From NCBI GenBank assembly GCA_963789395.1, contig CAWBKP010000007.1:28075-92074 (forward strand): a DNA stretch of 64,000 nucleotides. The letters are read 5' to 3'. Origin of the DNA: an uncultured delta proteobacterium (lineage in GTDB: Bacteria > Desulfobacterota > Desulfobacteria > Desulfobacterales > Desulfatirhabdiaceae). A model generated the notes under the pieces. It made no database searches. It was not told the DNA's origin and saw only the letters and a list, made by a program, of their open reading frames with translations. Below, one piece after another: positions 22,706 to 33,791 of the stretch (within the stretch, counting starts at the first letter, position 1; every line of letters starts with the position of its first letter). The position numbers and the translations under genes are program-made.

Positions 22706-23929
22706 ATGAAACCCTGTAAAATAATGAACGGAAAGCAGGTGAAACGCATCAAACACCTGCAGCACATCAACACCCATGCAGGCGTATCAGATTTCAAACA
22801 CAGCCTGAATTTCATGTGGATATCTTTCACGACTCTTTTTTTTATCTTGTTCGGAATCGCTATCTGTTCAAATCAGGTTCTCGTTTATGCGGCGGAAAAT
22901 CAAGCGCCTTTCATTCAGGTTCAGGAACTGACTCTTCCGGAAAAAGGGGCGTACACTGGCGCTTATGTGGATTTTGGAGAGGGCGAAGACGATGTGACGC
23001 TGGAAGCCATTGAAAGATATGAAAAAATGGTGGGAAAACACCAGGCCATTATCGCGCTTGGAAATTTCTGGGGAGAGCAGCAATTCCCCATAAAAAATGT
23101 TCATATCATCACCGGTTACGGCGCAGTTCCTCTGCTTTACTGGTCTCCCTGGGATAAGCCCTATTCGGAAGGGGGTCTTCCGGACCGCTTTAATCTCTAT
23201 AACATCCTCGACGGTATGTGGGATGCCTACATCGATAAATGGGCGGAAGATGCCAGGGATTTCGGAAAACCCCTGCTGGTTGCCTGGGGGATTGAAATGA
23301 ATGGAACCTGGTTTCCCTGGTCGGGATATTATTACGGCGGCGGGCAAACTGATTTTTTAAATCCTCCTCCAGAATATCTGGGGCCAAAGCTTTTCAAACA
23401 GGCCTACCGGTATGTGGTGGATCGGGTCCGTGCAAAAGGTGCCCATAATATCCGGTGGGTCTTTCATGTAAACAACTATTCCCATCCGACTGTGGATTGG
23501 AACCGCTTCGCTTCGTATTACCCGGGATCAAATTATGTGGACTGGCTGGGGCTGAGTGTCTATGGCAAGCTTGATAAATTTATGGGCTGGGGCTCGTTTT
23601 ATGACGTTTGCAATAAGGCATACCAGGAAATCTGCAAAATTGACCCTTCAAAACCCTTGATGGCTGCGGAATGGGGCGTGGGGGAATTTCCGGCTTCCGG
23701 AAACAAGGCGGAATGGCTGAGGAAGGCTTTCAAGGATTTCAAGGAACGGTTCCCGCGGATAAAAGCAGCGGTTTACTGGCACGAACGGTGGCAGAATGCC
23801 GATGAATCTTACAGCAACCTCCGGGTAAACTCTTCACCTGAAGCCCTCAGCGCTTTTCGAGAAGGCATGGATGATGCCTACTGGATCGGCAAACCCCGTT
23901 TTCAAAGCAAAGGATCAAATAAACCCTGA
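22706..23929 (+). CDS. Glycoside hydrolase family 26, copy 2 (true start probably near 22814)
   Basis: IEMNGTWFPW, YYPGSNYVDW, KPLMAAEWG; close paralogue of copy 1. Confidence 0.88.
   Translation: MKPCKIMNGKQVKRIKHLQHINTHAGVSDFKHSLNFMWISFTTLFFILFGIAICSNQVLVYAAENQAPFIQVQELTLPEKGAYTGAYVDFGEGEDDVTLEAIERYEKMVGKHQAIIALGNFWGEQQFPIKNVHIITGYGAVPLLYWSPWDKPYSEGGLPDRFNLYNILDGMWDAYIDKWAEDARDFGKPLLVAWGIEMNGTWFPWSGYYYGGGQTDFLNPPPEYLGPKLFKQAYRYVVDRVRAKGAHNIRWVFHVNNYSHPTVDWNRFASYYPGSNYVDWLGLSVYGKLDKFMGWGSFYDVCNKAYQEICKIDPSKPLMAAEWGVGEFPASGNKAEWLRKAFKDFKERFPRIKAAVYWHERWQNADESYSNLRVNSSPEALSAFREGMDDAYWIGKPRFQSKGSNKP
23848..23913 (+). repeat. 66-bp direct repeat copy A (3' end of GH26 copy 2)
   Basis: cagcgcttttcgagaaggcatggatgatgcctactggatcggcaaaccccgttttcaaagcaaagg, identical to 32521..32586. 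Confidence 0.95.
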
Positions 23930-23985
23930 AACGATAGTCGTTCGCCCCTCCGTTATCTATTCAAATTGTAATCGTTCAGTGCACT

Positions 23986-25629
23986 ATGCGAAAAACCAAT
24001 TCCTTTCAAAGGATAATGATGATTGTTGTTTCGATGACATTCCGATTCTTGATTGCCTTTTTATGTTCATTTCTGCTGCTTTCGGGGGTGAATGCGAAGG
24101 CTGAAACCCCAAAACCGGGCTTTGTTGTTCACTTTGACTTCATCAAAAATGCATCAGAAGGATGCGCTTTGGTGGATATTGCCACGCGGGCTGGGGCCAA
24201 GGTCATCAATCTTGTTCCTCCGGCCCATGTGTGGGAGGATCCGGTTTCTCTTGCCGCGCTGGATGCGATCATAAATGAGATCAATCACCGGGGCCTGAGT
24301 CTTATCTTCACCCGGATAGATGCCGCAAAATTGCCGGATCGCAGCGGCAACCGTCCCTACTACCTCTACGACAGGATACTGAACGAGCCCGGCAGACTGC
24401 CTGACGGCAAGGCAACGGCCGAATATTTTCGCTCCACGGTCGGCAAAGTCGGTTATGCCGAGTGGATGGAGGAAGAGACCCGGTATTACGCCAGGCACTA
24501 TGGCGGGACTCCCGAATCTTATCGGGATCAATCTGGGGCCTTTCAGCGAACCCTTCAGCGCCGAACGGTGCGGGTTCCTGGAATATGTGGAGGAAACCCG
24601 GACTTACGAAATTACCCAATATACCCGGTTTGCAGAGAAATGGTGGCATGACTGGCTTGCAGCGCATTATAATGATGTTTCTACGTTGAGCCGCGAATAC
24701 GGCACTGAATTTGCTTCCTTCGATGTGGTTCCCCTGCCGTTGAATGAAAAAGACCGGCGCTTTGAAAGAGCGGATCTGGCATATTTTGACTTTGCCCGCT
24801 CTCTCAACGACTGGTATGTCGAGCGCTACATGCGCTGCCGTTCGATCTGGCATGAGGTCAGCCATAGGGCCGATGTTCCGTTTATTCTCCAGCTCAACGG
24901 CCTTTTTGCGGAAAAAATTGTCATGGGGCGTCCCGGCCATGCCGCCTTTGATGTGCCAGGTTGGATCGCCATGGCCGATGCGCTTGGGATATCACTGTAT
25001 ACCCACAGCGGGTATCCGGATATGGGGCACCAGTCCATTCTTGCCACGGTGAATCTTCTGGCCATGACAGGGGATATGGGAAAATCTGTTTTTGTTCTTG
25101 AGGGCGGAAACGAAGCTCCCAACGTGACTCTGGATCCCGTGGAACTGGCGTTTTTTGGCTCGGTCGCCGGAAAGCTGGCGCCGCAAACCTATATCTATGA
25201 GTTTCTGAAAGACAAATTCAATGAAAAATACGCTCAAAATCCCGGCAAAGTGGTGACCGCCGATGGGCGCATCCGGCCAAAGGCCTTCAACGCTCTGCAA
25301 AAACTCTTCACGGACATCGAATCGCATTCCGTCATTGCCGGAAACGCCTGCGCTCTATGCTTGCTTTGACTCGTTGTCTGCACGGGGCAACGCCCAGGCG
25401 GGCATCCGCTATGCCGCCCTGTTTGACCTGGCCGCATTCATACCGATCCGCTGGATTCCAAAGGGTCATGAATCGCTCATGCGGCCGGGCATTCCGGTCC
25501 TGAATCCCGACGGAACGGTATCTCCCGTCAACGATGCGCTTTCCCGTCTCATGTCCGGCGTTCCAGGAATTAGATTCAGAGGAACGCACAGGCTGGCGCC
25601 AGGACGTTCTGAAAGCAATTGGCCGATGA
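23986..25629 (+). CDS. Exported GH42-like (clan GH-A) TIM-barrel protein, frameshifted
   Basis: Signal peptide; WHDWLAAHYNDVSTLSREYGTEFASFDVVPLP resembles the GH42 segment WL..KYG.I..LN.AWGT.F.SF. Three overlapping ORF fragments; the end is approximate. Confidence 0.5.
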
Positions 25630-25644
25630 TGCCCAAAAAAAATC

Positions 25645-26842
25645 ATGGCAATGAATGATCCGATCAAAACGGCAGTCATTTTCGGAACCCGGCCCGAGGC
25701 GATCAAGCTTGCGCCGCTGATCCGAAGGATGGCCGATAAACCCGATCGGTTTCAGCCTATCACGATCGTTACGGCGCAGCACCGCGAGATGCTGGATCAG
25801 GTTCTGGAGCTTTTTTCCATTAAGCCGGATCACGATCTGAGTATCCTTCGTCCGCGGCAGACCCTTGCGGAGATCACGGCCAGCGCCATTGCCGGGCTGG
25901 ACAGCATTCTATCGAAAGAAAAACCGGATTTTGTGGTGGTTCAGGGCGACACGACCACGACCTTCGTGGGCGCTCTTTCCGCCTTTTATCACAAGATACC
26001 GGTGGCCCACGTGGAAGCGGGCCTGAGAACGCAGGACAAGACCAACCCTTTCCCCGAGGAAATTAACCGCCGAATGACTTCGGTGATTGCCGACGCGCAT
26101 TTCGCACCCACGGAAAAGGCGTGTCAGAACCTTTTGGCGGAAGGGATCGGCCGGGATCGCATCTGGCTGACCGGCAATACGGTTATCGATGCATTAAAGG
26201 ATGTGGCGGGTTGGAACCGCAAATGCGATCATCCCGTGCTTAAGCGCGTAGCAGCCGAAAAGCTGCGCATGCTGTTTGTCACATCCCATCGCAGGGAAAA
26301 CCAGGGAGAGCCCCAGGAAGAGATCTGTCGCGCGCTGATAGAACTGGTCAAGACTTTCAGGGATATTCTGGTGGTCTTTCCGGTTCATCTGAGTCCGGCG
26401 GTCCGGGATACGGTGCTTCCCCGGCTGCAAGGATCAGGATCGGATTGTGCTGCTGGATCCGATCGACTATCTGGAAACCATCCACTTCATGAAGAATTCG
26501 TATCTGGTTTTGACGGATTCCGGCGGCATTCAGGAAGAAGCGCCGGGGCTCGGCAAACCCGTTCTGGTCCTGCGCACCACAACGGAAAGGCCGGAAGGCA
26601 TCCTGGCAGGAACCGCCCGGCTGGTCGGGACAAATGCCGCCCGGATCGTGGAAGAAGCTTCGAACCTTCTTTGCAGTCCGGAGTCTTATCGAAAGATGTC
26701 GCATGCCGCAAACCCTTATGGGGATGGCCTGGCCTGCGAGCGGATTCTCCAGGTTCTGGAGCATCTTGCCGGGCGTGCAGGCGGCCCGGAGCCATTTACC
26801 GGTATCTTGAAAAAATATTGTTCGGAATCCGGCTTTTTCTGA
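25645..26842 (+). CDS. wecB: UDP-N-acetylglucosamine 2-epimerase (non-hydrolysing); frameshift near 26435
   Basis: FGTRPEAIK, VQGDTTT, HVEAGLR, PFPEEINR, TSHRREN, LTDSGGIQEEAP, NPYGDG. Confidence 0.95.
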
Positions 26843-26971
26843 TTTTCCAATGGACTGTTTTTTCAAGAATGATTATTATAAAAATTTTGTAATGGGTGCT
26901 GATGGCATTTCCAACCGATAACATCCTTATCCCATTTTGATGAAAAGTCCCGCTATCGATAAAGAGAAAAT

Positions 26972-29900
26972 ATGCGATTCAGATTGCTGTTCCAGATTGG
27001 TTTTTTCATCATACTGGCCATGGGTGAGTGTGATGCCGCCATTCCCGCTGTTTCCGCTTCGCCGCCGTCAGTGATTCCTTCCTCGGATGTACTGATCATT
27101 CATGACAGCCTGCCGGGGCCCCTCCCGCCGGGTTGGGTCGATGGGAATAACGATCCTGGATCTCTTGGGCCATTTCGGGCTGCGGGGAACGCTCCAGCCC
27201 ATTGAAAATTACAGATCCGGGGACATTGCCCGGTTTCGTTTTGTCATCGTGCTGGGCATCGATGAGCGCCAGGTGAACTATCCGCAGGACTTTTTATCCG
27301 ATATTCGAAATACCCGTATTCCGGTGTTCTGGATTGCCAATCATCTTGACGATCTCTTGAAAGATCAGCAGTTCAGCGGCCATCTTGGCTTCAGGATGGC
27401 TGATTCCCCCCTCTGACCGGCTTTCAATCGGTTTCCTACAAGGGCCAATCGCTGATAAAAGGCGAGCCTTCGCTGTTTCCCATGGAGATTCTTGATCCAT
27501 CCAGGGTTCAGATTCTGGCGACGGCAGTCCGCAAAGATGGCAGTTCCATGCCCTATATGGTCCGGTCGGGATCATTCTGGTACTGCGCGGATTCGCCATT
27601 TTCCTATGCAGAGGAAGGCAACCGCTATCTGGTTTTCTGTGATCTTCTTCATGATTTTTTTGGCATTGACCAGCCGGCAGAACGCAAGGCCTGGTGCGTA
27701 TCGAAGATGTCTCGGTCGATTCGGACACGGATGATCTGCGCGCCATGGCGGATTATCTATACGGAAAAAAATTCCTTTTCAGGTTTCGCTGATTCCGATC
27801 TTCAAGGATCCCGAAACCAAAGAGGAAATCTATCTTTCGGATCGGCCCCAATTTGTCCGTGACATCCATTACATGGTTTCCCGGGGCGCAACGATCGTGA
27901 TGCATGGGGTGACCCACCAGTACCATGGCAGAAGCGGAGATGATTACGAGTTCTGGGATGATCAGTCCGGCAAGCCGGCTTCTGGCGACCTCAGGCTGTT
28001 GTCGAGCAGAAACTGCGCACCGGTCTGGAAGAGTGCTTTTCCAACGGCATTTATCCGGTCACCTGGGAAACACCGCACTATGTGGCATCGGAGAACACGT
28101 ACCGGACAATCGGAAAATACTTCAACTCTTCCTACGAGCGCGTCTCTTCGGTCAACAACGCCGAAGCCGGGCATTATTTCCCTTACCCGACCGTGGATCG
28201 GTTCGGCCGGTTCATCATCCCGGAAAACATCGGTTTCATCGAAGTGGACAAGCCATCTCCGGAAGAGCTGATCAAAAACGCCGAGCGCATGCTGGTGGTG
28301 CGTGACGGCATGGCATCTTTTTTCTTCCATCCCTTCATGGATCTCAAATACCTGAAGCAGTCGGTTGAAGGCATTCAGAAGCTGGGCTATCATTTTGTTT
28401 CGATCCGCGATTACAACCTGCGCGTTCAACTGGACGACCGTCTGGTGCAGACAAAAACAAACAGCATTGAGATGACGCCCCACGCCAAATATCTTCACCG
28501 GCTCTATCAGCAGGCGGATGGCAGCATTTCCGGAGAATCCTATCTGGAAAAAACTCCCCAGGGTGTGATCACGGATCCCGGCGTGGTGCCGGCCAATGCC
28601 ATTCTGGTGATGGAAGGCGTCAACGAGATTCTTGCGCAGAAGGAGCAGGCTTCCCCCGGCAAGTGGGAGGTTTTCAAATCGTGGGTTCAGAGCAAGCTTC
28701 ATGGAAAATCCGCCGCGGTATCCCCTCTGGAACAGCCTCAGGCCGTGGTTCTCTGGGAGGATAATCTGCCGAAAGAAGACTGGAACAATCAGTCGAGCTA
28801 CGTCAGCGCCCTTTCCCTCTATGGCTTCCGGACAAGCACGATGGACTGGAAGACATTTGAAATGGATTCGGTGCCGGAAGGCGCAATTCTTGTTGTTCCC
28901 CAGGCTGTTGCAGTGAGATTGCCTCCAGCCAGCGTGACATCGATTCAGGCTTTTGTCAAAAGAGGCGGAAGGCTCGTTCTGGATGGACCCAGTCCGCTGA
29001 GTCAAAGCGTGGGCGTTCAAAGTCTGAAGAGATCGATCAAGGTTCGGACAGTGGAGGAAATGTTATACGAAACCCACGAAATTACCTGGAATCCATCGGC
29101 CAACGTGCCCCGTTTTACAGTCCCGAAACCACTTGCGGTATATGCCAGGGATGAGGAAAGCGAACTGCCGCTGGCGGTTCTGGGCGGGTTTCACGAAGGC
29201 CGTTTTCTGTATCTGGGCGCGCGGTTTGATCCGATCAGCAAACTCGGGTACACCCGATATCCCTATTTTATCCACTACCTTCGCGAGGGCTTTAAGCTGA
29301 ACCTGCCGGCCCAGCGCAAACAGCTTGAGCTCTATTTCGATCCCGCGCTTGCCAAGCGACAGGGGGCGGAGGATAAACTCGCCGAGCAGTGGAGCAGAAT
29401 GGGGGTTCGCATCATCTATGCGGCAGCCTACCAGTTCTGGCCGAAATGGTCATACAACTACCAGCATCTGGTCGAAGTCTGTCACAGAAACGGCATCCTG
29501 GTCTATGCGTGGTTCGAGTTCCCGCATGTAAGTGTGAAATTCTGGGAGGAGCACCCGGAGTGGCGGGCCAAGACAGCCACGGGTGAAGACGGACATGTGG
29601 GCTGGCGCTATCACATGGATCTGGATATTCCCGAATGCCGGGAGGCGGTTTTTGATTTTGCGGTCGATTTTCTGAAAAAGTACGGTGGGATGGCGTCAAT
29701 ATCGCCGAGCTGAATTACGATACGGTGAATGGCCCTGAAATCCCAAATCCTATCTGCCCATGGGATCAACGACCCGGTCCGGGTTCCTAACCCAGTACAA
29801 TTTCGACCCGATCCTGCTCTTCTCGCCAAGTTCGCCTTATTACTGGCAACGCAACCGGGCGGCCTTGAAAAAATTCGAGACTTACCGGGCGCAGCGGGTA

Positions 29901-30952
29901 CTGGAGTGGCATCGGGATTTGCTGGAAAGGGTCACGCCGGTTGCCAAAGCCCGGGACATGGAAGTCATTGTGACCATGCTTGACAGTCTGCATTCGAAAA
30001 CCCTCAAGCGGGATACGGGTGTGGACTCGCGCCTGATTCTCTCCCTGATGGATCGCTATCCGTTTATGCTTCAGGTGGAAGATCCTTCCCATTTCTGGGC
30101 GGAGGGTCCAGACCGATATCAGAAATTTACGGAGACCTATCTCAAGCTCGTCAAAGACAGAAGCCGACTGATGTTCGACATCAATGTCGTTCCTGACCGC
30201 AACATTGAAAAGTCGCATGCTCCCACACAGACGGTAATGGGGATCGAGCTTGCCCAGACCGTGAGCGCCGCAAGAAAGGCTTCTGGAAGGGTTGCCGTTT
30301 ACAGCGAAGGGACCGTGCCTTACCAGGATATCGATGCGCTCTCCAGGGTGCTGGCAAGCGATGCCATCCTGGAAAAACCGGCCATTCCTGGACAGTGGAA
30401 TCGAAGGAGGCCATCATTCTGAATGCTCCCGGACTGTGGCAGAATTATCAGGTGAATGGCCGGATTTGGCCCGGATGGGGAGAAAATTCCATTTTCATGC
30501 CTGCGGGAAAAAATCAGATTTCACCCATTGAACGCCGGTTTCAACTAATGGATAAATCTGCTCTGGATATGCGTCTGCTCCGTTTTTCCGGAGACATGGA
30601 TTCGCTTTCGCCTACGCAGCAGGGATTTGAATTTGCCTATGACTCTACGCTACGGACAATTGCGCTTTTGAACCGGGAACCTCACGAAATTCAAATTGAC
30701 GGCAGAAAAACCGATGTGAAGCCCATTGCATACGCCGGCAATTGGAACCTCCTACTTCCCAGCGGCAAACACCGGGTGGAAATCATCGCCGACAGCACGG
30801 CATCAACGATCGTTAACAGAACCAGCCTTTACAGTTCGACGGCGATCGTTATTTTTGGAACCGTAGCCTGCGGGCTATTAGGGCTTTTATACATGGCCAT
30901 TCTGGTGCGCCGCACCTTCGCACACGCAATTGGCGGCAGCAAGCAATCGTAA
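26972..30952 (+). CDS. Large exported DUF2334 (YdaL/PssB-like deacetylase) protein with an additional GH-like barrel and a C-terminal TM; many frameshifts
   Basis: Signal peptide; fragments give RIEDVS, IVMHGVTHQY, DYEFWD, WETPHY, IPENIG, ASFFFHP (DUF2334), then VEVCHRNGILVYAW..HPEW..DGVNIAEL (GHL10-like), and a hydrophobic tail. Confidence 0.65.
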
Positions 30953-30994
30953 AAGCATTTTTCCAAAGGCGGGAGCCAAAATAAGGGAACATTC

Positions 30995-32280
30995 ATGTTT
31001 TCGCATCTGGTTTTGAATTATATATTTGTATTTAGTGTTGTTGTCATCTGGTTCATGCTCGGTTATCAGTTTATCCTGTTCATGCTGGGCTATATATATG
31101 GATTCCGTGCACAGCGAATGCGAGAACATCTGGAGCGCACAACCCTGAGCTTCCCGCACTCTCCATCATGATTCCCGCGCACAACGAAGGGCTGGTGATT
31201 GCAAAGACGCTGGATGCACTTCTGAATATGAATTACCCCAAGGAAAAAATAGAGTTTCTGGTCATCAACGACGGCAGTACGGATGATACCGCAAGCATTG
31301 TCGAAACGATTGCCTCTAAGGATTCGAGGGTCCGGCTCTATAACGTCCCCATGGCGCTTGCTGCACGGGGAAAGTCATCGGCTTTGAACCAGGGGCTCGA
31401 GCTGTGCCGCCACGATGTTATCGGAATCTTTGATGCCGACAACACGCCAGAAGCAGATTCTGTTATACATCTGGCCCGCGAATTGTTAGCAGATGATCGT
31501 CTTGGCGCTGTAGTCGGCAAATTCCGTTGCATCAATAAGAAGAAAAATCTTCTGACCCGCTTTGTGAATATCGAAGGGCTTGCCTTCCAGTGGATCATTC
31601 AGGCGGGCCGATGGAATCTTTTCCAGATGGCAACACTGCCGGGCACTAATTACCTGATGCGGCGGACCCTTATCAAGGAGTTGGGCGGATGGGATACGGA
31701 AGCCTTGACTGAAGACGCCGAGCTTTCCATTCGAATCTATGAGGCCGGGTATCTGATCAAGTTCATTCCGTATGCGGTTACATGGGAGCAGGAACCTGAG
31801 AATCTGCGGGTCTGGTTCAAGCAGCGGGTGCGGTGGGCACGGGGTAACAATTATGTGCTTGAAAAGCATATTGCCCGTATTTTTAAAATCAAACCAAGGG
31901 TTGTGGGCATGGAACTCTTCTATACCATGGCGGTGTATTACCTTTTTTTCATTGCGATCCTGCTCTCGGATCTGCTTTTTGTGCTGGCGGTTCTTGGCTG
32001 GATTTCGATTCCGGTTCCCGGCCCCTACCGCGAGGTGTGGTTCTTTGCTTTCGGCCTATTTACGCTTGAGCTGATCATCGCTTTGTCACGTGAGAGGGAA
32101 GACACGCCGCTAAATATCGGGCTCATCGTTCTGTCTTATTTCACCTACTGTCAACTCTGGATCGCCGTGGTGCTGAAAGGAGTCTACGATGATTTCGTTT
32201 TGCGGCGTGAGCATAAATGGGACAAAACACAGCGGTTCGCTGTCGATTTGCAGGAATGTGAACAATTGGTTAAAGGATAG
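30995..32280 (+). CDS. Processive GT2 polysaccharide synthase, YdaM/PssC-like; frameshift near 31155
   Basis: N-terminal TM from ATG 30995; IPAHNE, INDGS, GKSSALN, FDADNTPE, AVVGKFRCIN, FQWIIQAGRW, PGTN, TED, QRVRW, C-terminal TMs and WDKTQRF. Confidence 0.88.
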
Positions 32281-32520
32281 TTCTCCAAGATATCCCTTTA
32301 TCCCAAATAATGGTCTGGCCTGCATTCTGGATGACAAGAGAAATCAGCATATAGAGAATGCAGCTATTTTACATCGAATCAGTTTAGCGCTTGAAATTCA
32401 TCGGAGGCCGCTGTATATTTAAAGTTTCGGCTAAAAGCGAACTTGAATATCGTATAACCAGAAAGGAGGACATCATTACAAGAGGACACGTTGGGCGAAG
32501 CTGCGGCACTGGGGTGAGCG

Positions 32521-32602
32521 CAGCGCTTTTCGAGAAGGCATGGATGATGCCTACTGGATCGGCAAACCCCGTTTTCAAAGCAAAGGGCCAGGCAAACCGT
32601 GA
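32521..32602 (+). repeat. 66-bp direct repeat copy B; orphan GH26 3'-end fragment
   Basis: 32521..32586 is identical to 23848..23913 and continues to a GPGKP-stop like the GH26 termini (SGKP*, SNKP*). Confidence 0.93.
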
Positions 32603-32639
32603 CATGCGTTTTTTGCGGCAGCGGATTCAGGGGCATTAG

Positions 32640-33791
32640 CTATGGCCGGGATTCAAAATAGTCATGAATACAGCCGATGATCTCTTGGACGTTTTCTGTG
32701 GAAAGCTCACAATAAATCGGCAGGCGGATAAGGCATTCGCTATAATAATCACACCACGACAGTTGCCTGCTTCCATGTATTTCCGAATAAAAATCAGATT
32801 TGTGCAGGGGCAAATAATGAAACACAGCGTTTATGTGGTTGCCTTTTAAAAAAGACAATAATTCATTCCGTATAGTATGATTCCGGCACAAAATATAAAA
32901 CATGTGTGCGTTGTTGGTTGCATAATCAGGAATGGCGGGTAGCTTAACAACGCCCTGTTCCGCCAGGTTCTTTAGTCCATCATGATACTGCTGCCAGATG
33001 GTTTTTCTTTTCGCCTGAATCGCTTCAATACTTTCAAGTTGCGCAAACAGAAACGCCGCGATAAGTTCCGACGGTAAAAAAGAAGAGCCGACGTCTTTCC
33101 AACCGTATTTATCGACTTCACCCCGAAAATATTCAGCCCTGTTTGTTCCTTTTTCCCAGATTATTTCAGCCCGTTTTATAAAATTCGCATCATTGATAAC
33201 GAGCATGCCGCCTTCTCCGCAAACAATATTTTTCGTTTCATGAAACGAAAATGCCGAAAGGTGGCCGATGGACCCGATGGGTCGATCAGTGTAGAATGAC
33301 TCGATGCTCTGGGCAGCGTCTTCAACGACAAAGAGATCGTATTTAGCGGCAATCGCCATGATCTTGTCCATATCGCAGGCGACGCCGGCATAATGAACCG
33401 GAACGATTGCTTTTGTTCTGGAAGTGATCAGCCCTTCAATTTTATCCGCATCGATGTTCGGATTCAAAGGGCTGCTGTCCGCAAAAACAATTTTTGCGCC
33501 TCTCAGCACAAAGGGATTTGCGGTTGATACAAACGTGAAAGACGGCATGATGATTTCATCGCCTTCTTTTATATCCAGAAGAATGGATGCCATCTCCAAA
33601 GCATCCGTACAACTTGTGGCAAGAAGGCATTTTTTAAAACCATACCTTTCTTTAAAAAAATAATGGCATTTTCTGGTAAATTCACCATTGCCGGCGATGC
33701 ACCCGGAGTCAATGGCTGCTTTGATATACGTCATCTCGTTGCCCGATAAATACGGCTTATTAAATGGAATCATGATGTTATTCGGTTTCAT
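32640..33791 (-). CDS. wecE: dTDP-4-amino-4,6-dideoxygalactose transaminase
   Basis: IPFNKPY, SCTDALEMA, VPVHYAGVACDM, EDAAQ, FSFHETKN, EKGTNR..F.RG.VDKY.W. Confidence 0.93.
   Translation of the reverse strand: MKPNNIMIPFNKPYLSGNEMTYIKAAIDSGCIAGNGEFTRKCHYFFKERYGFKKCLLATSCTDALEMASILLDIKEGDEIIMPSFTFVSTANPFVLRGAKIVFADSSPLNPNIDADKIEGLITSRTKAIVPVHYAGVACDMDKIMAIAAKYDLFVVEDAAQSIESFYTDRPIGSIGHLSAFSFHETKNIVCGEGGMLVINDANFIKRAEIIWEKGTNRAEYFRGEVDKYGWKDVGSSFLPSELIAAFLFAQLESIEAIQAKRKTIWQQYHDGLKNLAEQGVVKLPAIPDYATNNAHMFYILCRNHTIRNELLSFLKGNHINAVFHYLPLHKSDFYSEIHGSRQLSWCDYYSECLIRLPIYCELSTENVQEIIGCIHDYFESRP

Noticed and set aside
23848..32586. Prophage or ICE bounded by attL/attR
   Set aside because: No integrase, transfer or phage genes inside or nearby; kept only as a direct-repeat finding.
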